NCBI GenBank assembly: GCA_008632985.1
Contig: QPGO01000085.1
Span: 1-64,000, forward strand
Source of the DNA: Psammoneis japonica
Lineage: Eukaryota
Direction of reading: 5' to 3'
Length of the DNA: 64,000 nt
Positions 50,965 through 64,000 of the stretch are shown here, one piece after another. Below the pieces are notes generated by a model. That model had not been told where the DNA came from and searched no databases. It worked only from the letters and a program-made list of their open reading frames with translations. The position numbers were made by a program, and so were the translations under genes. Every line of letters begins with the position of its first letter. Position 1 is the stretch's first letter.

Positions 50965-53123
50965 TCAGAAGGACGGAGATACTGCCACTACTGCAACGAG
51001 AAGCGATGCCGTCAGAATGGCTGCTCGGAATCCACCCGCCGGGTCAACGTTGTTTCGACATGGACCATCGTTCTGGTGCGCCACAAACCCACTGACGAAC
51101 GCGTAGAGGACTAGCATCCCTGAAACCTTCCAATCACGAAAGCCTTGAACCACCAAGAAGACAGAAGCAAACGCCGTCAAAATATTGTTTTGTATCCCTG
51201 TCTTTGTGAATACAGCCTGTACCATTCGACCGCCATCAGATGTCGAACTGATGGGAAGGAGCGAGAGCGCATTCATCAGAATGCCAATGTGACCTGCGAG
51301 CACAAACGGATGAACTGCGACACCACTCTCCGATATTGGATCAAGCGACAAAAGTACATCTGTACCAATGAGGCTTTCAATTGTTGCACTCGTCAGACAA
51401 CTCAGGTTCAGAAAGTCCAAGGGGATATGCGGTAAGGAGGCAATCTGTTCAGGCTTGGCGAGGGCTGTTTGTAAAAGTCCATAGGCTAGCAGCCCCCACG
51501 ACGACACTATACCAAGCAACGGCCCACTAGCGGCGTAATCAAAGAGCGCCTTGTTGTTTCTTGGCGCACTTGTGAGCTCCGTGTGTGTGTACAGCAATCC
51601 TGTACTCGGAGACGGAAAGAAATTAGGGGGGAACGCCATCTCTATCTAATATTTGATGCCAAGAAAACGGTAATGTAAGAATAATCAAGTTGTGCATGGC
51701 GCTCTTCCAAGACACAATCTCTAAACTCGTCAGCACATACCTTGTTCAATGCCGCAACAGCAAAATGCCCCAGATCATGAACAAACGCAAGTCCCAACAA
51801 CCCCAAAAGTACATCAGGATGACTAAATCCAGCAGATACTTGGCTCATCATGCTGTCGTCTGGGATGTAGCAGCTTCCAGCAAAGTGAGCAGTGCACAAC
51901 ATTGCGAGACCAAACAATAAGGATCGATCAAGAACCGTATTTGATGGATCAGATTTGTGATCAGCCGGTATAACGAGCAACGACGTAGGTAGCATGTTGC
52001 CCATGTTTTCAATCACCTTGGCATTTCCCTCGTCGGATCCATCTAGAATCATATCCTTCAATTGATCTGTATCTAATTCGGCGATAGCTGATGGGTCCCG
52101 GATGAAGAAAAACTGAAGCTTGTCTTTCAATTCATCAGACGCCATGAGTTGTTTGTCAAGATGATCTACCAGTCTATCACTGTCTGCAACAAGCGAGTTA
52201 CATTCGAGAAGAGAATATGGCCCGATCTTGCGAGGCTTTGATTTGATTTCAAACAATCCCTCGCTTCCCTTCATTACCTGGGTCACAAACTCATCAATAT
52301 CATATGTTTGATTTGTCCTGAAAGAAAACTTCTTTTGCATTTCTTGTGGCAGAAATCCTTGAATCAATGCCACCCGCTCAAGAAAATAGGGGTCCTCCTT
52401 TTCCATTTCCTTTGCTTCGGCAGTTGCCTCGGCCACTTCAGTCGCCGCTTCGATAAATCGTTCTTTCATACCTGCAATGTTTGGCACCTTATTGACAAAA
52501 GAAGTTAGCGTCCGTAACACTGAGAGATCCTCTTGAGTAATGTTGCCAGCTAAGATATTATCAAAGTCTTGCTCGATCTCTGACATTTCTTGTGCAGTAT
52601 CAAGGTCGCCAGTGATATTTGAAAGAAAATGCTCGAGTTCAAAGTAAAGAGATTGCATCTGCCCCAACATCTCTCGATCCTCAGGGGATAGTTCTCCCAC
52701 AAATTCTTCTTCATCGACTGCAACTTCATCATCCCCGAGGTTCTGAATGACTTTTTCTACCTCTTCGGTATTATTTTTAGACTTAAGTGTCGGGTTTTGG
52801 TAATTCTTTAGTCGATCAATCTTGTCTTGCACATCTTGCTGCTCGGAAGGAGACAGCTTGGACTTTTGAATCATCTTTTCAAGAGTTTGCAGCCTCTTGT
52901 CTACAAAGGACTTTTCCATCTCTTGTGCTTCCTTGCGAGCATTCTCTGCTTTTCGTTTTAGAACTTCAACCTCGGATGTAACCGCATCGTTTTCTTCTTG
53001 GGCGTAGACTCGCGTACGCGACAACAACGACTGGCTGGGAACGCGCAGCCGACGAGTTGGAACGGTCCAACAAAACGCGGGGGCAAAAGAAAATAACAGA
53101 ACTGATAACAACAGTGTTTTCAT
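50965..53123 (-). CDS. EGY-like M50 (site-2) intramembrane metalloprotease homologue; intron ~51645-51740
   Basis: FVHDLGH, PRNNKALFDYAASGPLLG, VHPFVLAG, NALSLLP...DGGR; signal peptide at the N-terminus. Confidence 0.75.
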
Positions 53124-53672
53124 TGGAAAGGATGATACAAGACACAAAAAAGAGGACAGTAGGTTTATTGGAGTGGAGATGATCAACGACACCTACCAAA
53201 TCCACACCACCAACGGATCTCGCATCTTTCAACATTGATCCCGCGCGTGGGCGCGCGCGCGCACCTTGACATCATGTGAAGCACTCGCCCCTAAATAATA
53301 ACATTGATACACATGTCACTATCGGAGTTTATGTGCATCGCCCACGTGTGTCCGTTGCGTAGAACGACAGTATCATTCCTACAGTGACAATCCCGCCAGC
53401 GTGCTCCGTTGTGTTTCGGGCACCTTTCGGGCGATTCAGAACCGCGTTTTGGCACGAAGAAAGACTGAAGTCGCTCAAGCGGCATCACAAACATGCCACA
53501 ATCGCTCCTTCCACGATGTCGATGACTCCCGGTTCTTGACGCCATTCATAACACACACACAAAAGAGTCAAAGGCTCCATCCATAACATTCATAAGTTTC
53601 TCTCATACTAGTTTGCGAGCTACCGTTCGAAAAGGTCATTCAATCAAATTCATAAAATGAACCAACCAGTCG

Positions 53673-54734
53673 ATGAAAGCAACGGCCTGGTCTTTACCTG
53701 TCACACGTCGCGGCATTGATGCTTGTGTACTACTTTATAAATCGTCCCAGCGCGTCAAAGACTATTCAGAAATCTACATCGTCACGGCAGTTCTTTCTTC
53801 GAGAGACCGATATAAGTTATCGAGCAAAAGAATCGTCAGCTCCTGCTGCGTCCTCTTTTTCTTCTTCGTCTTCCTCAGAGTCATCGTCCTCGATGGATGA
53901 GGAGGAGGAGAGCAATGATGTCTGCCGAGAACTTTCAAAACAATTCCCAGAATCAACTCTAGAAGAACGGAAACGATTCTCGATTGCACATGGGAGCATA
54001 AAGGCAGCGTCGAGGAGATGTCACACTATTTGGAGTGGAAAGAAAAACACCGACTACTTTTCGAGGAAATCAAACACAATCCATCAGTCCACTCAAGTGA
54101 CAACAACGACGATGATGAGTCCATTTGGAATCTCTGTACAGCGGTTGCACGAATGTCATGTAATGACCAAACAGTGAAGAGTCTTGCCACGTGTTGCTCG
54201 AATGTATCAGGAACACAACGAGGACACTGGTGATGGTCAGCATGTACGAGACTTGGACGGTATGCGATTGCTGCATGTAATACCCGGCCAAGTGGATACA
54301 ACCTTGTCTCAGCCATCCACGTATGCCTTGACGCTTGCACTTTACATTGATTTTCACCTGGATCGCTCCTCCATGGAACAAATGACTGTCTTGATTGACG
54401 TTCGGGGGGAGAGGGCTGGCCCAATACCATGCCGCATCATCAGCTTCCCTTCATTAAGAACGTCACAACGTTGCTATTGGCGCTCTTCCCGGAACGTTGT
54501 CACAAGTGCATCCTGTATCCCATGCCTCTTTCGGCCTTGTGGATATGGAACATGGTCAAAGTGTGGCTTGACCGCAACACGGCATCCAAAATGATTATTC
54601 TGGTGGGACCGGCTACCATCAAGTCTCCACCTCCTACCGATCAAATGGAGCAGTATATGAAGACAGATACTGTACTGATGCTTGAGCAAGAACGACAGTT
54701 GGCATTCAAGACAGTTCAAGTGGCGACGCAATAG
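53673..54734 (+). CDS. CRAL-TRIO (Sec14-like) protein, frameshifted as assembled; start uncertain
   Basis: FPESTLEERKRF, YLEW, TVLIDVRG, LFPERCHKCILYPMP..WIWNMVKVWLDRNTASKM. Confidence 0.7.
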
Positions 54735-55346
54735 TAACTAAATCAACTAGTTACTAAACTTTATGGCTAAACTGGACAATTTATGTGCAGAAGAATTCTG
54801 GATTGTGTTCAATGTGCGTAATAATTACCAAGTAGAAAATTGTGTGAGGAAAGTAGATAGGGTGGAGTTGGAACAGGATAGATGAGATCCACTCCAGCCT
54901 CACTTTATTAGCGTACTTGGGATGTGGCTGACCTGTTGTCGGTGTAGCGGGGCGGATAGGGCGGAGGCAAAGCAGCACTAAAACAAATGCGTTTGCTTAA
55001 GCTTCTTCTAGTGCAAGAAAGTAGATGGATCTAACTTCTCTATCCAGAAACCTGCGTAATGTAGTTGAAACACTTCGACTACACATCTGAACGTTCAATG
55101 TTGATTATTATTTGTAATCGTGTGAGTCGTCGAAAAAGTAAAGCAGTTCCAGAAATGTCATACTGTACGTCCGCAGTCATAATTCGACAATTAATGCTTT
55201 TACATAAGCCCCAAAATGTGCATGTCATTTCGGACATCACCTCCAAAAACATGTGGGCATGTCTTGGACAAACGAGGGTTTTCTGACTTCCTCTCCTCAC
55301 AAAATTCACAATTCCTTGGAACCTCGTACAGTAAAAATAAAAGGCC

Positions 55347-57368
55347 ATGATGCGTCATCTCGCGACAAGCACCGTTGTTTTCCTTCTGCTGGCTCTTGCA
55401 TTCTCATCTCATCGAGCCAACGCAAAGTCCCTCGACTACATTGGTTCCACTGGCGACATTGAAGTTTTTGGAAATTGCGAAGGAGACTGCGACTACGACT
55501 CAGTTTGTGGCACAGGCTATCGATGTTTCCAACTATCGAAAAACGGAGAGAGAGGTAAGATGGCGAGTATCAATATTCACTTCCATCGCCGCCCTTTTCT
55601 CGGTGAATCTCACCACTGTACGACTGCCCTTGCCCTCATGAATGCCACCAGTTCCGGGTTGTAAAGAACGACGTAAGCGCGGGACAGAATTCTGTTATCG
55701 ACGACAATCTGATAGCAGTGGTCCATCGCCAACGCCATCCTCGAAAAATCCAACTCCCTTTCTAAAAATCAAAGGGGACAATGGGTCACCTTCCTCTGTT
55801 TACCCCCTCAAGAAATGCCATGGCGATGTGCGTAGTTATTGGATATGTTTTCGTTCGTTGCTCAGTCTCATGCTAATAATCTACTTTGTTTTCTTTAAGT
55901 GTGATCGTGATTCTGATTGCAGGGGCAGACTCAAATGCTTTGACGGATCTACCCGTAGCAATTTCCCTTCTTCAACGGAGGTGCCTGGGTGTTCAGGAAA
56001 AGTTGTTAAAGGGAAAGAGTATTGCTACGACCCCGAGGACCTCAATTTATCTCCCATTCGAGTCTCCGGAACAGTACAGAGGACAAGAGCCAAAGAACCA
56101 GTCACGTACGTACCTGGCGATGCTGCTGTAGAGGAAAATGGACTCCTCCTTTCCCGTGGTTTAACTGCTCGAGTAATTGCCACGCAGAGAGAAAAGGTGG
56201 AATATGCTAATGGTGGCGAATCGGAAGAGAAATTTCATAAAAATCCAGACGGCGGAGCTGTGTTTAACGATGAAAAGACCGGTGGCTGGATTTACGTGTC
56301 AAATGCAGAGAGTAAAAATCGAGAGTACGGTGGCGTTGGAGCAATCACGTTCAATAGAGACGGCGAAGTTGTTGACTACAAAATGGTGTTGGAACGCACA
56401 GTGAAAAACTGCGGCGGAGGCAAAACATTTTATAACACCTGGATAAGTTGTGAAGAGACAGAGGGAGGACAAATATGGGAGGTTGACCCCTGGGGCAAGA
56501 AAGAAGCCAGACAAACGTTAATGGGAGGTCGAAAAGGGAACGAGTACGAATCTGCTGCTTATGACAATCGAAATCCTGAGAAACCAAAGTTTTTCATCAC
56601 GACAGACGCGAGTGAAGGCCCCATAGTTCGTTACACGCCCGACAAGAAAGCTGTTTCTCGAGCATTGTACAAAAACGAATACAGTGAATTACTGCATTCA
56701 AATGAAACGGGTACGGCGGAGAGGCACTTTCTAGTGCTGGAGCCGCGAAATTCGGATCGCAAAGACGAAACGGGTACCTTCTTTTGGTCAGACAGTTTAT
56801 CGGATGGCGAGAGAAGCTCAAAAAGGTATTCTCAGAACTGCGAAGGAATTGATCATCGAGATGGACTCCTGTACATTACCTGCAAGGAATGGCAGGATTT
56901 ATTCATCCTAGATCTGGACAACTTGACGTACAACAGGCAATCGACAGAGTCGGGTGCCTTTGACGGTAGTCCCGATCAGGTTACCCGAGTAGTCGGTGAA
57001 GGCAACGATATTCTATATTTTGTGAAGAAGGAGGTACATCAAGTGGAGTGCACGGCAGAGACGCGAAAGGGAACTTCTATACCATTCTTGAATCGATCAG
57101 GTAAGCTGGCGTGCAATCGGAAACAGACGACGACATTGTTTTCTATCCTGACGTGGTCTCACTTTGGTTACTGTGCCTTGCTATATTCAGCTCGAAATAC
57201 GGTGAAACAACAGGGCTAGCGTTCTCCCCCGACAACAAGCATATGTATGTCTCTTTCCAAGATGTAGGGAAAATATTCGATGTGACCCGAAAGGACGGCC
57301 GTCCATTTGGAGGGAAGAAATTGGATATCAAGTACCACTCCAAACGTAACAGATTCGAAAAGCCATAA
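55347..57368 (+). CDS. Secreted PhoX (DUF839)-family alkaline phosphatase with N-terminal Cys-rich modules; about three introns
   Basis: Signal peptide; FHKNPDGGAVF, GGWIYVSNAE, NCGGGKT..TWISCEE, ETTGLAFSPDNKHMYVSFQ. Confidence 0.85.
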
Positions 57369-58204
57369 TTAGCTTCCTTCGAGTAGTTTTGGCCTGAGGA
57401 GGAGTCACTCGAGCGCTGCCTTGGTAAAATTCTGTCAGATGAAGAACGCCAACGCCACGCATGAGCTCTCGATCCAGACAAACCGCCAAGAGCGGCGAAA
57501 GAGACTACAATATCTATCTTAAAGTAGACATAAATCAATCTCTGCTGTCGCCCCTCGGATTCCAATGTGCAGCGTCACTAGAGTTTGTGTAAGGGACGAC
57601 AGAGAAAAGTGAAGGATTATGGAAACCCTTGCAATAAAGGTAACTTCCTTGTGCGAACTGAGCAGCATTTCGTTTCCTCGCTGAACGTACGAATAGTGCA
57701 GAGGACAAGTTTCGAATTCCCACTCATGGAAGAGAAAGCTGGGGCATCTCTTTGCTTGAAAAAATAATCGGTCGTCCTTTAGTTTTAGAGCGCCTCATGT
57801 GAAATTTTCATCGTCGCGAGAGGCTCCGAAAATGGAACAGATAGTTCGTCCCAGCTGCTGCAGTTGTACGTCTTCCACCCTATCGGTTGTTCCAGTTTAA
57901 CAAGCTCTTTAGAGTAGAGACAAACACCCATTCGCGTAGTCGATAGCGGAGTGCTCGCCTTCAGGCCGGTCGTACAACTCCCAATCTTGATATTGGCAAG
58001 ATTTACAGCTATCCCCGATCACGCGAACGCGTTTTAGCGCACACCAATTCAAGTTTATTAGGTGGTCAAATTCAAGTTCATACGGTGGTCGTTTGCCACT
58101 TCACGGATTAAGAAACTGGTCATTGTTCAGGGAAGATCCAAAGACCGGAGTAACTTGAGATGATCAACATCGGTTAAAAAAGATTCAGATGTTGGTTGAC
58201 GTAT

Positions 58205-59687
58205 CTACATCAGATAGTGATCCTCAATCAATGTATCAAGTAGAGGATATGGAAATGGTCTTGATACGAGTCTCCCCAATCGATCGTCTCGGAGCGATAC
58301 AATCTTGGAAACAGCTTGCTCCACATCTTGTCGATAACCATCCGCTGCCTCTCGTGTGAGAGGGATTTGTTCTCCACAATACACAATCAAGTAGACAACC
58401 ATGGTTGCATTGTCATGCTTGAGGGATGACAGGACCTGTCGTTCGGGGACCTCAACCCGTATTCCCTCGGGAACAATAGTTTTGACGAATTCGGGTATAA
58501 AGTCTCCATGAATCATTTCCTCGTGGTGTGCCTCTCTCTCGGTCGGCAAGACAATGTGCAATTCATGACGACAGCAAAGCTGAAAGTCCGGCTCTACGTA
58601 TACGTCTTTGTGTGGCTTGCCAAAAATGTACAATTCTGGTGCTGATCCAATTCGGAAAGGGCGGTCAACTCCACGGTGGGAACTCAGGGAATAAACAGGC
58701 TGCAGTCAGTATGCAAAAGAAGGCTCTGGTAAGTCAACCAAATATTCAAACACAGCAACGAGAGACTTCAAGGATATTGCAGCTGCAATCATTAACCCAC
58801 CTCGTAAGGTCGCACATGCCGAAGTAGTAGGCCATGATGTGCCGCATACTGCGCTGCCGTCCAGCTCTGTCGCCATTCTTGATTGGAGGACGCCGTTGCA
58901 CCGCCTTGCCCTTGGCATAGAGCAACGTGAATTTCTCCACTTGTTTTCAGGACCGTACTCGCACTCTGGAGAAACGCATCTAGTAACTCCCTAAACGACA
59001 GCAATCATTCGGTGTCAGCAATAAGGTTGATCGTACAAATATCTGCTTGCTCATTGCGAAATCCAAGCATAATCTACACGTACCGATTCCGTTTTGTATT
59101 GGCTTTGCCTCTCCAGTGTGGAAAATTGAACTGTATATGATCGTATCTCATGTGTGGAAAATGTTGAGACAAATTGGTAGCGTCAATACCAAATTGAACA
59201 GTGTGCATATCACCAGAAGAAGTGATTTTGTCAAGGTTGACTCTCGAGTCCTTGTAAACTATACGTGGCGATTGTCCGTCAGCGAGAATACATTGAACTA
59301 ATCAAATCATTTTCTTGGTTCAATTTCTGACTTACCTTGATGATGAGTTTGTTGGTCCTCCAATACAGTTGCAGTTAACGATATTCCAGATGCCGCCAAT
59401 TCATCCGCGATGCAAGCACTAAAGGACAAATCGCCATCTCCGCAAACCAAAAAACGTTGTTGTTGAGTACTCTTGTCTTTGAGCGCTTCGGAAGATGATA
59501 TTTCTGTCGTCACAGTATCATTTCCTTTGGAACCATGAGTTACTGATATTCTTGACGCCAAGCTACGTTGCTGTCCTTGCCGAAAGGGTAATACGTGACG
59601 TTGATGATGAGAGATAGTGACGAGAAATCCAACACCACGTCTCGTTTGCGAAAGCAAAACAACTAGATTCAGTGCACGAAAGTACAT
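58205..59687 (-). CDS. BMT5/DUF2431 rRNA methyltransferase-like protein with probable FDX-ACB C-terminus (FDXACB1-like), spliced
   Basis: [36 protein letters not shown]...[16 protein letters not shown]. Confidence 0.75.
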
Positions 59688-59929
59688 TTCCACAGCACGA
59701 AACGAGTCTTATGCCGGTGGACTGCAACAGAGGCGCACGTAAGATGAATGAGATTACAGTATTGCGACGATTGTGTTCATGGTTATCACGTTCGATGTTA
59801 CTGTATTTGGTATTTAGTGAAAGGTACCGCACTGTAGGCGCGTTAGATTTCAGTGCTCTTCGAGCTCGTAACCCGTACAATCTACGGAGTACTCGCCGTA
59901 TTGTACCGGCATGCTGAGCATGCGCGCAT

Positions 59930-62215
59930 GATGATGGTGCGACGTGCGACCATTGCGCATGCGTTGATAAAGAGGACCACCATGACGAGCACCGCGTTGG
60001 ACGCAACGCGCCTCAGGATGGCTGACAATGCACCAAATCATCGGCGGTTAAAACGCAGGAGTCATTTCAGTTGCAAGCAGTGGACGCACTGTTGTAGAAG
60101 TGTCGATGGAGGAGCGATCGGCACGAGCATCAGAACGACTGACAGCAGAGGCCGTTGCCTTCGTCTTGCCGCGTGCCATCCACCACAGCAGACCCTTTGA
60201 TTTACGTTCCATCTCCCAGTGAACACGCAAATGTTGCCTCTACTTCAGGTCCTGCTTTTCCATTTCTGCCGTCGTGGTTTGATTTGGCAAACGATGGGGG
60301 ACCAGATCAAAAGTTGGAGCCAAGACATTGTCTCCTGCCACGCGGTCATGCAGGACCTGGCTCCAGAAGTTGCAAATGTGGAACGCGCACAGAACACCAT
60401 TGCATCTGCCTTGACAAACTTGATGGATGACATTGAATGTGGTTGTGGACAACTTGTGGCTGTTTGTGGTTTCACATTGGCATCCTGCGCTTCGTCCAGC
60501 ACCGACGACGAAAGCTGTGTGCAAACTCACACCCATCCTCTTCATGTCAAGACTGCCACTCACTCAACTGGGTTGTCTCATGTCTGATGACAAGACCATT
60601 CCTTGCCACAGTGTCATCGCCAGTTCCCAAATCATTGGAACCCACGACAACACGTCGATTTTTCTCCGTCGATGGCTCTTGTCTCCACCACCTCCAAAGG
60701 TCGCGGATGCCATGTCCTCCCGTGTGGTTCATCTGGAGCTGGGTTGCCACCTCAGTTTGTCCCTCCTGCAAGAAAATGCTGGCGCTCCTTCGTGCGGGAC
60801 AGGCAAGTGCGAACGTGTGTGGAGAACTCCTTGATGCCATGGACTCGACAATGGAAGCATTAGATGCAGCTCTATTTGATCAATCCCAGGGAGTGGAAAC
60901 ACTCGTAGACCCTCTAATGATTGATGCTTTTAGAGCACGAGAGCGGACTCAAGATGAATGCTGAGTCCGTCAAGAGACATGCATCCATCCAAAAGATCGA
61001 AACGGTAAACTTCTACGGAATCGCTACACGACCACACGAGTTCAGGATGCGTTGTCGGATTATGTATCAGCCTGTGATGATGCCTGCAAGCAGGTTGCTT
61101 TGGTGTTGACCGAGCTTGGTCAGACGCTTGCGAGTCGGGTCATTTGCCTTTGGTGGTCCAAGTAGCGCACACCAATCTTATTCTTTCTTCCGCCTCCCAA
61201 CACGCAGCCAAGGCAAACAATTTAGGGTGGAACATGGCCGAGAAACTACGAAAGACCGGTAGAAAGCGACAACGAAAACAGCGCGACTGGTCGCTTCAAT
61301 GCTTTATGGCCGTACTGGATGGATCGTTCGCAGGCTAGCAAAAAACTCTTTCCATCCCGTTTTTTTTTTTTTGTTGACAGCTCCCAACATGAATGGCAAG
61401 AATGCCTTGATGAGAGCTACGGTAGCCGCGGCCTTGTTGGCGAATCGCGGTTGCCGATGTCCCTACAGAACAAAAGTGTGCCCTTGAAGCCGAAATGGAA
61501 GACAACCAGTGGAATATTTGCCATTCATTCGCATGATGTCTTTGGTCTTCCGCTGCTGGGAACAGAGGATCGCATCGTCAATAAACGAATGGTCATTCGC
61601 GAGAAAAATAACAAGAATGGAGACTATGCATGGACCTATCGGTTGGAAGATGGCATCTGCACGGAGAGCATGTCGCTAGTGACTGCAAAGCGATTTGGGT
61701 TGCCCAACGAGACTCTAGATCGTGCAAAAGACTTTGCTGGTAGTGACGTTTCCGACGCGCCAGACGTAATGGACGACAGCCTCAGAGTCGCGCTAACTCC
61801 AATGATAGAAAGAATGGCGTAGGCGTAACAGCGCTCAATGGTGAAATGGAACGATTTTCAGAAGTGATTCGAATCGCAGAAGGTGTGGCCGAGGAGAAGG
61901 CTCACGTCAAAAAACCAGGTTGGACACCGCGGGCTTCGTTGGAGGGATAGTCTTGCCTGTACCTCTTGTTGTTGATGGACGGCGGTGCACGATATTGCGT
62001 TGCGGAAACGGATTCATTACGGAATCGTCTCAAACACCATCGGTCAAAGGGTGGTGCGTGGAAGCACGCCCATGCCGCTGACATGGCTGTCTCCGGTGAC
62101 AAGACACAAGCTCGCAATGTTTAGAGAGTAGTGATCCAGACGCTGGCCAAAGAAGGCTTTGACTTGCAAATCCGTCCTTCATTGCGGATTGCTATCGACC
62201 CGGAAAATGAATGCA
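59930..62215 (+). pseudogene. MSH1: Disrupted MSH1-like gene (MutS ATPase plus C-terminal GIY-YIG)
   Basis: PLHVKTAT, FLRRWLLSPPP, KMLALLRAGQAS, FFLLTAPNMNGKNALMR (Walker A-like), IFAIH, YRLEDGICTESMSL.TAKRFGLP, CLYLL..YCVAETDSLRNRLKHHR. It has stops, frameshifts and large missing segments. Confidence 0.72.
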
Positions 62216-62397
62216 GTATTTTGGGCCGACCGCGTCTATGCCCGCAAGTACCAAAGAAAAGCACCAATTCGAAAACAGCACACAATGTAGAAAGTCAATA
62301 GCGTCTAAATCTTGCTTTTACTGGGGTTTAGAGACTGCCTTATCACCCTACAATACAAACAAACTATAGGTTGCTTTCGACAATGGCGGCCATCAAG

Positions 62398-64000
62398 CTA
62401 GTGCCGAGCCTTGACGTCTTCGTTCCTATGGTCGCTCGTTTCCGGCTGCTCTTTCAAGGCTGTCCCTTCGTGCGTGATTGAGCAACCCCAGTTCCGAGGC
62501 TCACTCTGCCCCAAGCGTGCTGCTGCTTCGTTCTCAAAGTTACAGGCATACTTAACTTGCTCTACTTGAAATCGTTCCATAATTACGTCCTGGATATGGT
62601 AGCCATATTCGTTTGACATTTTGAGGGCAATTCGAACGTCATCTTCGTTTACCTTAGCCAATCGTTCCCACCAAAACAAGCTGTCCCGATCATGTTCTTT
62701 CGCCCTTCCATTGTTATTTATAGTTCGGTTCATCGATTGGAGAACTGTCCGCAGTGTATCTAGGTTGGGGCACGGTTCCCCGCCATAAACTTCCAAACAC
62801 AAGTCCCACGTGTGGATTGGATCGCTCGACAGATCCTCGATCGAAACACGCCAAGCTGCATGCTGCGAAACAAACGAGTTGCGATTGATCCAATGTCGGA
62901 GCGCAAGGGAACCGTACATATGGCTGCTGATGTTATGATGAAAATGGTAGCTGAATTCTGATCCATCGCCAAGGAAATCTAAGTTCTCCCACCCGTCAAT
63001 CATTTTCAGCAAAAACCGCACAGATTGTGGCAGCGATTTTCGGCGCGAAAGACGAGACTTCACAGTAGATAGAGGTTCACGGACCAAGTGGACCACTTTT
63101 GCAACACTCAATGCAAAGCGATATCCTGCTTCTTCTTTGATTTTCTGTCTAAATGCGTGAACCCAAGAAGAAGCTCCGTTTGCACCTCCAAACGGCCCGC
63201 AGTCGTAGCTGTTGTCATGGCTAATGTTCCACCCAAACCGATTCAAGTAATTACAAACAAAAGTTGTGCCACTGCGCCCCACACCGGTAATCAGCAGAGG
63301 TCTATCTTTAGCATCCGTCTGGTTGACGAGACTGGAGCTCTGAAAGACAAGGTCGTCGACTAATGAAGGATCACGAAATCGGGTGCTGTTGTGGTATTCG
63401 GTCAGATTTATTTGTAAAGTTGCCGCGCCGATTGCTTGTTCGCCTCGGAGTGTATAGAACAAAGTACCTCTCAACTCATCATCTTTTTCATCTTGATCTG
63501 GAACAAAGAATGGATCGCGGAGCTCTTGTACCGGATCGCAGGGAGCGGGGCCCATCTTGCTTGGTCGCCTTGAACCAATCTCTTGAGGATTCATAATCAC
63601 GGGACCGGGAAGCAGAGTCCACGTTTCCTCCGTCAGATCCATTGTTCCAAGTAAGATTCGCTCTGGCTCGTCACCGATCAAAGTGAAGAATATGAAGAGA
63701 ATGTCTCCCTTGCGATGTATGCAGGCATGCCGAGGTCCTTTCGCAAGGATGCTTACAGTCTTGTATGGGCCTAGCGGGCTTTCGCTCCGCATCAGCGTCA
63801 TAGAACCAATGTTGTCCTCTTGGGACTTGGCGATTGCATATATGACATCCTTGTACACAACAATTTAGAATAAAAGTGGTCCCTTGATACGTATCTATCG
63901 GCTGCATCATTTGGCGCAAAATCCCAGTGAACAAGGTCGTCGCTCACCAAAGCGATGGTCGGCTGACGCTGTCCTTTGGGTACGCCCTTGCAACTGTGTT
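62398..64000 (-). CDS. Protein with N-terminal propeller/GH43-like segment and sulfotransferase-like domain (5' end outside window)
   Basis: GPRHACI..LFIFFTLIGDEPERIL, ELRDPFF; then LLITGVGRSGTT (5'PSB-like) and VVHLVREPL (3'PB-like). Confidence 0.6.

Overview
Eukaryotic nuclear DNA, most likely from a pennate diatom (silicon transporter with GXQ motifs, CoDi-type Ty1/copia element, DUF6824 protein, bipartite plastid-targeting N-termini, short GT-AG introns). The right half (~32.1-64 kb) is ordinary gene-dense sequence: GT4, PRMT1, glutathione reductase, LON-N protein, PPR-like, VOC, FG-GAP, GT32-like, EGY-like, CRAL-TRIO, PhoX, FDXACB1/BMT5-like, a broken MSH1 and a sulfotransferase-like gene. 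The left half alternates genes (PEX5, RbfA, F1-alpha-like, DUF6824, SIT) with four repeat-rich domains (~1-4.0 kb, ~9.8-11.6 kb, ~13.8-16.8 kb, ~19.45-32.1 kb), including a full-length copia element (19588-26682, TCAAA target-site duplication). The main signal is that TpA is almost erased in these domains and replaced by TpG/CpA. Conserved tyrosines of copia, gypsy and EGF proteins read as Cys or His, and paired repeat copies differ as TA versus TG/CA. This points to a repeat-targeted A:T to G:C hypermutation at TpA, opposite in direction to fungal RIP and acting alongside CpG decay. A sequencing or consensus artefact on modified DNA must be excluded. Many genes carry single-base frameshifts that look like assembly indel errors. 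All calls and counts were made by eye, with no database searches.
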